From Myxococcota bacterium (GTDB lineage Bacteria > Myxococcota_A > UBA796 > GCA-2862545), in the NCBI GenBank assembly GCA_039208735.1, contig JBCCQY010000083.1:1-38087 (forward strand): a DNA stretch of 38,087 nt, in the 5' to 3' direction. A model generated the notes under the pieces. That model ran no database searches. It was not told the origin of the DNA and saw only the letters and a list, made by a program, of their open reading frames with translations. Positions 28,438 to 38,087 of the stretch are shown piece by piece; position 1 is the first letter of the stretch, and each line of letters starts with the position of its first letter. The position numbers and the translations under genes are program-made.

Positions 28438-28680
28438 GCCGCCGATGCCCAGGGGTTCCGTCGTAACCTCATGCGATACCGCCTTGACACCGGCGAGACG
28501 CTGGCGGATCGCCCATCCCCAGATTCGGGTTCAGTCGACGCGCTTCAGCGTACTGTGCTGGGAGTTCGTCAGTCCTGCAGCCATCGGCTTCGCCAGCCAC
28601 TCCCCTCAGAAATTTTCCGGAGCCAGAGTGTGGAATTGGCTTGGAAGTAATGTTTTTTTGGAGAACTCACGGTCTGGCCA

Positions 28681-28707
28681 TTGAATTTAGAATTGGTCTA
28701 GATTCAA
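28681..28707. promoter_or_regulatory. PerR/Fur-family-like box upstream of katG2
   Basis: TTGAATTTAGAATTGGTCTAGATTCAA is a 27-bp imperfect palindrome (10 of 13 pairs). Its core 28687-28702 matches the katG1 box at 13 of 16 positions. Confidence 0.62.
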
Positions 28708-28713
28708 GTCTAG

Positions 28714-31068
<2,355 letters not shown>

Positions 31069-31117
31069 GCGCGCTCCGTCGCACGAGCCAGCGCGGTTGC
31101 CATGCGTGTTCTCACTC

Positions 31118-31137
31118 CTTACTTGCAAGTCGGTAAG
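31118..31137. promoter_or_regulatory. Candidate TetR autoregulatory operator
   Basis: CTTAC-N10-GTAAG overlapping a perfect palindrome ACTTGCAAGT (31121-31130), about 22 nt upstream of the TetR start. Confidence 0.5.
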
Positions 31138-31159
31138 TATTGGTCCCCGGGGAGGCGCA

Positions 31160-31714
31160 TTGGCTCGACGAAGACGTCCCGCAGCAGAAACGCGCAGAGA
31201 GATCCTCGATGTAGCGACCGAGCTGCTGCAGCGCGATGGCCCGGCGGGGTTGCGGCTCGATGATGTGGCGGCCGCGATCGGAGCGTCGCGCCAGGCCGTT
31301 CTGCACCACTTCGGGAGCCGCGACGGGCTGTTGAGGCATGTCGCGGCCGAGGCGTGGTCGGCGTTGTTCGCGGAGTTGTCGGCATTGTCGATCGAAGAGC
31401 CCGGCGACCTCCGAGCGGTCATTGAACGCGTGGACGATGCGGTACGGGTCAGGGGTCACGCTCGAATCGGCGGGTGGCTCACCCTGTCGCGAACCGGTCT
31501 TCCCGACGACTCCTTTGATGCCGTGCTCTCAAAGCTGCCCGAGCAGATGGGTACGAAAGACGATGTGTCGTTCCGCCTGTTGCTCGTGGGGGCCGCGATG
31601 TTTGGCGATGCGGTGTTCGGCGAGCGCATCCGAATGGCACTGGGATTGGAAGACGGGGAAACGGCCCGGGCAGACTTCCGAACCTGGCTTGCGGAGCTGC
31701 TGAGCGTGGAGTGA
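31160..31714 (+). CDS. TetR/AcrR family transcriptional regulator
   Basis: TRREILDVATELL..G..LRLDDVAAAIGASRQAVLHHFGSRDGLL. GGAGG before TTG 31160. Confidence 0.9.
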   Translation: MARRRRPAAETRREILDVATELLQRDGPAGLRLDDVAAAIGASRQAVLHHFGSRDGLLRHVAAEAWSALFAELSALSIEEPGDLRAVIERVDDAVRVRGHARIGGWLTLSRTGLPDDSFDAVLSKLPEQMGTKDDVSFRLLLVGAAMFGDAVFGERIRMALGLEDGETARADFRTWLAELLSVE

Positions 31715-31761
31715 CCGACGCCATGTGCTAGCCTCGTCCGATAATGGAGGGATTTCGGACG

Positions 31762-33546
31762 ATGCCTTGTACGAGATGGATGGGCACCGCGTTTGCGGTT
31801 GCCTCGATGCTGGGTGTGGCCTGTAGCGGAGACCCCGAACCCGCGCCCTTGGAACGGTCGTGTGCAATGGAGTCGCTACAGACCTGTGTGGCCTCCTACA
31901 GCGCCGCCATTGCCACTTGCTATACCGACTCGGACGGGCCTTGTGCTAGCGACGATGCGGGCTTGGCAGCAGCCCTCGACACCCTAGGTTCCGATCTCGA
32001 CGGGTGCACTGTCGGAGAGCTAGATGCCGAGGCCACGCGAGGTCGGCTTCAAAACGCGTGCGCCTCCGAGGCGAGTTCGCTCGCTGCGCGGACGTTCGGG
32101 GGGCCTCAAGGAGCGGTGTGGGCCGATGTGGGACAGACCAATCGAACCTGCTTGACCCTCGCACATGAGGCAGCCACGACGCTCATTGAAGGGTCGCTCG
32201 AGGCCATGACCGACTGTCAAGCTGAGCAAGACTGTAGCGGGATCGGAGATGCGCGGGAGTCTCTCGCCGCCACAGCGCGCACCACGGTTCAGAACGGGTG
32301 CCGAGGGTTTGCCGTTAGCGAACTGATCACGATGGATACGGCCGAATACGTCGATCGCGCGGCTCACCAAGTGGACTGCATGGCCGCCATGGCGGGCCTC
32401 GGGGGCGAGGAGTTGGGGTTGCAGTGTGGCCCTGACCACGCCCAGTTCGACGCTCCACGTGGCGAATGGATGCAGGTGACCGTCGACTCCGAAGAATGGG
32501 GCACGATGTGCGGCGATGGTTCGCCCTACGCCTTCTACGTGCGGCTGGCCCCGGAGGGCGCGGACCTCGACCAGGTCGTCATTGGGCTTCAGGGAGGTGG
32601 GGTTTGCCTGTTCGAAGAAGACTGCGGCGCGCGCTTGGTGGATAGTCCGGACCTCTTCTCGGCAGCCGAGGATTTGCCTCCGGAGACCGGCATTATGTCG
32701 AACGATCCGTCCAACAGTGCCTTCGCGGAATGGACCAAGGTCTACCTGCCCTACTGCAACCAAGACGTGTTTGCTGGAGGCGGCGTCGAGGAGAAGCTCG
32801 GAGCGATTTCGATTCCGAGGTACGGCTCGCTCAACGTTCGGGCGGCGGTCCAGATGGTGCGGGATGTGATCTGGCAGCAGATGGATGCGGCAGGGGGACC
32901 CGGCTTCCGCCCCGATGAGGTGGTGGCTCTGTTTGGGGGATGGTCCGCGGGGGGCATTGGCACCCTCTACAACTACCATTGGATGCTCGACGACCTGCAG
33001 TGGCCACGAACCGCGGCGTTTCCCGATGCGGGGCTTGCGCTCGACAACGGTTCGGTGCTCGGCGTCGCGGGAATCGGGCTGCTGAAGATCCCCGCCTGGG
33101 GAACCATTCCCTACCTTCCGCCTTACTGCTTCGACGGCGACTGCGCGGTTGGACCCGTCCTCTATGAGGCCACGGCGCCTCGCCTCCGAGCGGTGCCGGA
33201 GCAGCAGATGCTCATCGTGTCGAACCCCAACGACGATGTGCAGCAGCAGACCACATTCTTTGGGCCTGACACAGCGGGCTTCATCAATGAGGTTCGCACG
33301 TCGTACTGCGAAACGAAGGACCTCAACGGCATCCAGTACTACTTCACGAGCATCGCAAGCGAGTCGGTGCACGTGGTGAGCCTGGTTCCCGAACTGTGGA
33401 CCGGACAAGTCGATGGGGTGGCGATGCGGGATTGGTTCGAGCGTGCAATCACCGACCCCGACACGGTGACGGACCGGGCTGAGGAATCCGACTTCGTCAA
33501 AGTCGTAGAGGGAGTTGAACCGTATCCCTGTGACGTGGCGCCGTAG
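31762..33546 (+). CDS. Pectinacetylesterase/Notum-family hydrolase lipoprotein with Cys-rich N-terminal domain
   Basis: Lipobox GVAC, CGDGSPY, LQGGGVC, VYLPYC, nucleophile GWSAGG, FPDAG. Start is 31744, 31762 or 31780. Confidence 0.8.
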   Translation: MPCTRWMGTAFAVASMLGVACSGDPEPAPLERSCAMESLQTCVASYSAAIATCYTDSDGPCASDDAGLAAALDTLGSDLDGCTVGELDAEATRGRLQNACASEASSLAARTFGGPQGAVWADVGQTNRTCLTLAHEAATTLIEGSLEAMTDCQAEQDCSGIGDARESLAATARTTVQNGCRGFAVSELITMDTAEYVDRAAHQVDCMAAMAGLGGEELGLQCGPDHAQFDAPRGEWMQVTVDSEEWGTMCGDGSPYAFYVRLAPEGADLDQVVIGLQGGGVCLFEEDCGARLVDSPDLFSAAEDLPPETGIMSNDPSNSAFAEWTKVYLPYCNQDVFAGGGVEEKLGAISIPRYGSLNVRAAVQMVRDVIWQQMDAAGGPGFRPDEVVALFGGWSAGGIGTLYNYHWMLDDLQWPRTAAFPDAGLALDNGSVLGVAGIGLLKIPAWGTIPYLPPYCFDGDCAVGPVLYEATAPRLRAVPEQQMLIVSNPNDDVQQQTTFFGPDTAGFINEVRTSYCETKDLNGIQYYFTSIASESVHVVSLVPELWTGQVDGVAMRDWFERAITDPDTVTDRAEESDFVKVVEGVEPYPCDVAP

Positions 33547-33632
33547 GCCAGGCGTCCTAAGGCCCTTGTCTGCTGCACCCAGGCCACGGTACGTCGACTT
33601 GGCGGGGGTGAGCCCCAGTGCGGGAGACCGTC

Positions 33633-34664
33633 ATGAAAGCTGCTATCTATCGTACATTCCAAGGCCCGATTCGGGTTGAGGAGGTCCCCGATCCCGCGCC
33701 TCCTGATGACGGTGTTGTGGTTCGGGTGCTCGCCAACGGCCTTTGTCGGTCGGACTGGCACGGGTGGATGGGTCACGATCCCGACATCTCCCTTCCGCAC
33801 GTCCCCGGGCATGAGATTGCGGGCATCGTCGAGGCGGTGGGGCGTGAGGTCACCCGATTTCGGACTGGAGACCGCGTTGTGGTGCCGTTCATTGCGGGTT
33901 GTGGTCGCTGTGGAGAGTGCGTGGCTGGGCATTCGCAGGTTTGTGACGATCAATTCCAGCCCGGATTTCACGGTTGGGGTGGGTTTGCGGAACGGGTGGC
34001 GCTGCACCGGGCCGATCTCACCTTGGTGCCGTTGCCCGAGTCGCTCGATCCCACCATTGCGGCGAGCCTGGGGTGTCGGTTCGCCACTTCGTTTCGTGCG
34101 GTAACCGTCCAAGGAGAGGTCAGGGCTGGTGAGTGGGTCGCGGTCCATGGCTGCGGTGGGGTGGGGTTGGCGGCGGTGCAAATCGCTCATGCAGTAGGTG
34201 CGCAGGTCATTGCCATCGACATTGCGGATGAAGCCCTGGCCCTGGCGCGAGCGGCCGGAGCTGTCCACACGGTGAACGCCCACACTGAGCCCGAGGTGGT
34301 CGCCGCTATCCTGGCGCTTTCGGGCGGAGGGGTTCACGTATCCATCGACGCGTTGGGGCATCCCGATTGCGTCACCCATGGGGTGCTCGGGCTCCGTAAG
34401 CGAGGTCGGTTCGTACAGATCGGATTGCTGCCAGAGTCCGTACCGGTTCCCCTCGGTCGCGTGATCGCGTACGAACTTCAGATCGTGGGCAGCCATGGTT
34501 TGCCCGCCCACGATTATAGGCGGTTGCTCCAATGGGTCGCGTCGGGTGCGGTGGACCCTGGAGCCCTCGTGACCCGGCGTGTGTCCCTTGAGGAAGGAGC
34601 GGCCATGCTCTCGACCATGGGGGACTTTGGCATGGCCGGTATGGCGGTGATCGATCGGTTTTGA
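33633..34664 (+). CDS. Zinc-dependent alcohol dehydrogenase (MDR family)
   Basis: GLCRSD, GHE, structural Zn CGRCGEC...C, Rossmann GCGGVG. GGGAG RBS. Confidence 0.95.
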   Translation: MKAAIYRTFQGPIRVEEVPDPAPPDDGVVVRVLANGLCRSDWHGWMGHDPDISLPHVPGHEIAGIVEAVGREVTRFRTGDRVVVPFIAGCGRCGECVAGHSQVCDDQFQPGFHGWGGFAERVALHRADLTLVPLPESLDPTIAASLGCRFATSFRAVTVQGEVRAGEWVAVHGCGGVGLAAVQIAHAVGAQVIAIDIADEALALARAAGAVHTVNAHTEPEVVAAILALSGGGVHVSIDALGHPDCVTHGVLGLRKRGRFVQIGLLPESVPVPLGRVIAYELQIVGSHGLPAHDYRRLLQWVASGAVDPGALVTRRVSLEEGAAMLSTMGDFGMAGMAVIDRF

Positions 34665-34720
34665 CGCCTTGGGGTCAAGGGTCGATATGAGCCCCGCGTT
34701 TGGAATCGTCGGGAGGCGTC

Positions 34721-35791
34721 ATGTACTACCGCATGTTGGGCAACACGGGGATCCAGGTTTCGGTACTTTCTTACGGCTTTTGGGCGACGTTCGGCGTCAA
34801 ACAAGGGCTGACCGAGGCCGAGGGGATCGCTGCAGCCAAGGAGATCCTCCAGGCTGCGCGAGAAGGGGGCATCAACCTCTTCGACAATGCTGAAGCCTAT
34901 GGCAATCCGGCCGGGGAAGCCGAGCGCATCATGGGCGAGGCGGTGGCGCAGCTCACAAAGGAACAACCAGAGCTTTGGCACCGATCCGAACTCGTGATCA
35001 CCACCAAGGTGTTCTGGGGAGGCGCGGGCGTCAACCAAACCGGACTGTCCCGCAAGCATGTTCGTGAGGGGCTCGATGCGGCCCTTACGCGACTGCAAGT
35101 GGATTACGTCGATTTGGTCTTCTGTCACCGTCCCGATCCCCATACGCCAACCGAGACGGTCGTTCGTGCCATGACGGACATGGTTCGTTCAGGTCGGGCC
35201 ACCGCTTGGGGCACAAGTGAGTGGTCGGCCCAGCAGTTCACCGAGGCCGTGTGGCTGGCCCGCCAGTTTGGTCTTGAGCCGCCGCAATTCGAGCAGCCCC
35301 AGTACAGCCTGATCCATCGCGATCGGGTCGAAAAGGAGTACGCCCCGTTGTACCAGCCGCCCTACCGCATGGGGCTGACGACGTGGAGTCCGCTCGCATC
35401 CGGTGTGCTCACCGGCAAGTACAACGATGGCGTACCGGAGGGATCCCGCTTGGCCCAGAAGGGCTACGAGTTTCTCGCCAAGCTCCTCGAGCAACACCGC
35501 GCCTCAGGAACGCTTGACAAGGTCAAGCAGCTGACGGAGTGGGCGCGTGCGGAGTTGGATTGTTCGGTCGCCCAGCTCGCGATCGCCTGGGTTGCCCGCA
35601 ATCCGAACGTGTCGACGGTGCTGCTCGGAGCCACCAAACGTTCGCAAATCGAAGAGAATCTTGGTGCTATCTCGGTCCTGGAACGGTTGACGGATGACCA
35701 CATGGCTCACATCGATGAAGTGATGGGCAATCGGCCAGCCGCGTACGAGGGCTGGGGAGGCACGGGACGTCGGGCGCTGAAAACCATCTGA
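34721..35791 (+). CDS. Aldo/keto reductase (Kv-beta-like subfamily)
   Basis: YRMLGNTGIQVS, FDNAEAYG, TKVFWG, FCHRPD, WGTSEWS, WSPLASG. GGGAGG RBS. Confidence 0.93.
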   Translation: MYYRMLGNTGIQVSVLSYGFWATFGVKQGLTEAEGIAAAKEILQAAREGGINLFDNAEAYGNPAGEAERIMGEAVAQLTKEQPELWHRSELVITTKVFWGGAGVNQTGLSRKHVREGLDAALTRLQVDYVDLVFCHRPDPHTPTETVVRAMTDMVRSGRATAWGTSEWSAQQFTEAVWLARQFGLEPPQFEQPQYSLIHRDRVEKEYAPLYQPPYRMGLTTWSPLASGVLTGKYNDGVPEGSRLAQKGYEFLAKLLEQHRASGTLDKVKQLTEWARAELDCSVAQLAIAWVARNPNVSTVLLGATKRSQIEENLGAISVLERLTDDHMAHIDEVMGNRPAAYEGWGGTGRRALKTI

Positions 35792-35811
35792 GGTCGTGTT
35801 CATAGGAAGAC

Positions 35812-37056
35812 ATGACCCGCTACGAATTCTCCGATGGCAAGTCCCACAAGTTTTGGGAAATTGAACGAGTCGGTACCGAGGTGACCACCCGTTGGGGTCG
35901 CATCGGGACCGACGGACAGTCCAAAACCAAGTCGTTTCCGACCGAAGCGGCAGCCGAAGCCGGCCTGATCAAGCAGACGGCAGGCAAGGTGAAGAAGGGC
36001 TACGCCAAGGCAGGGGCGACCCTGTCCGTAGCCTCGCCCCCGGTCCCTGCGTCCTCGGGTGATCTCGGCGACGGCGAATCGGTCGAGGTCCCGGGGTCCG
36101 GCGGCCGCACCTACATCCTGCGAAACGTCGGTGGGGTGTATTCGTGCACTTGTCCAGCCTGGCGGAACCAGTCGGTGCCCATCGAACGTCGCACCTGCAA
36201 GCATTTGCGACGGTTCCGTGGGGACGATGCAGAGACGCAACGGCTCGGGGAACTGCCCGCCCCCTCGACCGCCAAGGCCGAAGGTCCTCCGTTGTTGCTG
36301 GCTCAATCCTGGGATCCTTCGGTGCATGACCCCACTGGCTGGTGGATGAGCGAGAAGCTCGATGGGGTTCGAGCCTTGTGGGACGGCAAGCGCTTTGTCT
36401 CCCGACTTGGAAAGGAGTTTTTGGCGCCGGGCTGGTTCACCGAAGCGTTGCCCGACCAGCCGCTCGACGGGGAGTTGTTTGGGGGCCGAGGACAGTTCCA
36501 GCGGACTGTCGGGGTGGTGCGACGGATTGATCGAGGAGAAGCTTGGCAAGAGCTTCGCTTTCTCGTCTTCGACGGGCCAAAACTGCCCGGCGCCTTTGAG
36601 GAACGCCTGGAAGCGCTTCAGGGGTTGGCGAACCCGTGGCCGGAACACCTGTCCATCGTGCAGCACGTACGTTGTGAAAGCGCGGATGCCCTGACCGCGG
36701 AAATGGATCGCATCGAGCGCCTGGGAGGGGAGGGACTCATGCTGCGGAAGCCTGGCTCTGCCTACGTCGCGGGTCGATCGGAGACCCTGCTCAAGGTGAA
36801 GCGGTTCTTGGAAGTCGAAGCTCGGGTCATCGCCCATGTGCCAGGAGCAGGACGTCATAAGGGGCGCATGGGAGCATTGCGGGTCGAATTGCCAGACGGA
36901 ACGCCATTTAAGGTGGGAACCGGCTTCACCGATGCCGAGCGAGCCGCTCCCCCGCCGGTCGGGGTTTGGGTAACCGTTCGTTATCAGGAGCTGACCAAGG
37001 CCGGGGTCCCACGATTCCCTTCGTTCCTTCGGATTCGGTCCGACGTCGATCCATGA
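35812..37056 (+). CDS. ATP-dependent DNA ligase with N-terminal WGR and SWIM zinc-finger domains
   Basis: WGR (SHKFWEI..RWGRIGTDGQ..KVKKGY), SWIM (YSCTCPAW..TCKHL), ligase motif I SEKLDGVR, LDGEL, FLVFD, EGLMLR, LLKVK, OB-fold GTGF..PRFP. Confidence 0.92.
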   Translation: MTRYEFSDGKSHKFWEIERVGTEVTTRWGRIGTDGQSKTKSFPTEAAAEAGLIKQTAGKVKKGYAKAGATLSVASPPVPASSGDLGDGESVEVPGSGGRTYILRNVGGVYSCTCPAWRNQSVPIERRTCKHLRRFRGDDAETQRLGELPAPSTAKAEGPPLLLAQSWDPSVHDPTGWWMSEKLDGVRALWDGKRFVSRLGKEFLAPGWFTEALPDQPLDGELFGGRGQFQRTVGVVRRIDRGEAWQELRFLVFDGPKLPGAFEERLEALQGLANPWPEHLSIVQHVRCESADALTAEMDRIERLGGEGLMLRKPGSAYVAGRSETLLKVKRFLEVEARVIAHVPGAGRHKGRMGALRVELPDGTPFKVGTGFTDAERAAPPPVGVWVTVRYQELTKAGVPRFPSFLRIRSDVDP

Positions 37057-37106
37057 GATCTCCGTGGTACCATCGCGCTTCCGACCTTGGATCCGGAGGG
37101 AGCACC

Positions 37107-37990
37107 GTGGAACTACCGTACGGAGTATTGGCGGTTTACGCAGCGCTGGTCGTTTGGGCAGGGCTGGGCCTGGATGCCCTGAGACGAGGCGTTTACGAAC
37201 GCTTTATCGCCTGGGGAATCGGGCTGTTGGTCGTGCTGAATGTAGGCTATTTCGTGCGGGGCGCTCCCGACGCGATCGCCTTCTTCATCGGCATCTACGA
37301 TGTGCTTGACAACTTCGGATTGCCGGTTGAGGGAGCGGCTGCCATGGCCCCTTGTGAAGGCAATGCGTGTTCGGTGTGGGGCGACCGATTCGCTATCATC
37401 CCAAATGGGGGGTGGCCTTTTACGACCGGTTCTTGAATGGGCCACAGTTTAGGCGAAATCTTCTCTATGGCCACATTTTCTTCAACACCCTAGCCTTCGT
37501 GACCATGCACGTTCAGCTCTGGCGACCCGGCACAGAGGGCCCCTGGCAACGGTGGCACCGTCGTCTGGGCCGGATCACCTTTGCCTCGGTCACGTTGGGG
37601 GTGTTGTGTGCATGCTGGCTTGCGACGGAGCACGCGGCGGTGCCTGAGTACGGCGGTGTCCTTGCCCAGTTCGGGTTCTACTTCATGTCCGCGTGTGTCT
37701 ACGTCTGTGCGGTCATGGGCGTTGTGACGATCCGAAAGGGGGACACCGAAGGGCACCGGACGTGGATGATCCGGTTTGCAGGAGCCATGTGGGGCTCGTA
37801 CTGGTTGTTCCGGGTGGTGCTGTTTTTCATTGATCCCCTCTTCCGCCAGACCGACACCCTCGCCATCCTCGTGGTGATTTGGGGTTCAGCACCTGCGGGC
37901 ATTGTCATTGCGGAGCTGTGGCGTCGAGCGGCGGCTCGCAAGGCCGACGAGCTACCCGCCGCTTCCGTTCGGGAACGACTGGCGAGCTAG
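37107..37990 (+). pseudogene. Multi-pass membrane protein (DUF2306-like C-terminal half) interrupted by a frameshift near 37392-37412
   Basis: GGAGGGAG RBS plus GTG 37107 opens a hydrophobic ORF that stops at 37436. An overlapping frame continues YHPKWGVAFY...HRRLGR...HRTWMIR to TAG 37990. May be a sequencing error. Confidence 0.65.
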
Positions 37991-38087
37991 CCCTGCGTTC
38001 GCGTTCGACGCCAGGCCATCAAGCCGAGAACCAGGCCCCACCAAGCGGCGGAAGGTGAGCTTCCCGCCGCGCAGCCGCAACCTTCGG
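37987..38087 (-). CDS. 3' end of a MYXO-CTERM sorting-signal protein (partial)
   Basis: Minus-strand translation EGCGCAAGSSPSAAWWGLVLGLMAWRRTRTQG-stop: GCGC, hydrophobic helix, basic tail. Not in the supplied ORF track. Confidence 0.75.
   Translation of the reverse strand, partial: EGCGCAAGSSPSAAWWGLVLGLMAWRRTRTQG

Noticed and set aside
28412..28489. Two perfect TTGACA hexamers (28412, 28484) as sigma70 -35 boxes, and TGGCA near 28356 as a sigma54 site
   Set aside because: No matching -10 element at 16-18 nt spacing, and no GC at the -12 position.
28360..28650. 96-aa ORF in the region between the acyltransferase and katG2
   Set aside because: No clear RBS or motif. The region more plausibly holds divergent promoters.

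Overview
GC-rich, densely coding bacterial chromosome segment, most likely from a Myxococcota-type organism. Evidence for that lineage: a GCGC-hydrophobic-RR MYXO-CTERM tail at the right edge, a vWA lipoprotein, MopE-type Cys/Asp repeats and a Ser/Thr kinase-TPR pair. About 31 protein genes are supported; I found no rRNA, tRNA, CRISPR array, transposase or integrase. Conventional genes are two katG catalase-peroxidases (one cytoplasmic, one lipoprotein), a SulP transporter, histidine phosphatase, Zn alcohol dehydrogenase, aldo/keto reductase, PAS hybrid kinase, TetR and XRE/MmyB regulators, a GH10-like lipoprotein and an S8 subtilase. The most interesting elements are: (i) two TIR-domain proteins 10 kb apart, a TIR-NACHT-FGE NLR-like protein and an unusual SPFH-like/beta-sandwich/TIR protein directly behind the subtilase; (ii) a FeeM/LuxI-like N-acyltransferase fused to a cNMP-binding domain, lying between the two katG genes; (iii) a shared PerR/Fur-like box upstream of both katG genes; (iv) recurrent ultra-short, uncharged signal peptides on exported proteins; (v) a 29-aa C-terminal module shared by two unrelated lipoproteins; (vi) a WGR-SWIM-ATP-dependent DNA ligase; (vii) a frameshifted membrane-protein gene. 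All domain calls come from reading motifs by eye; no database search was run.
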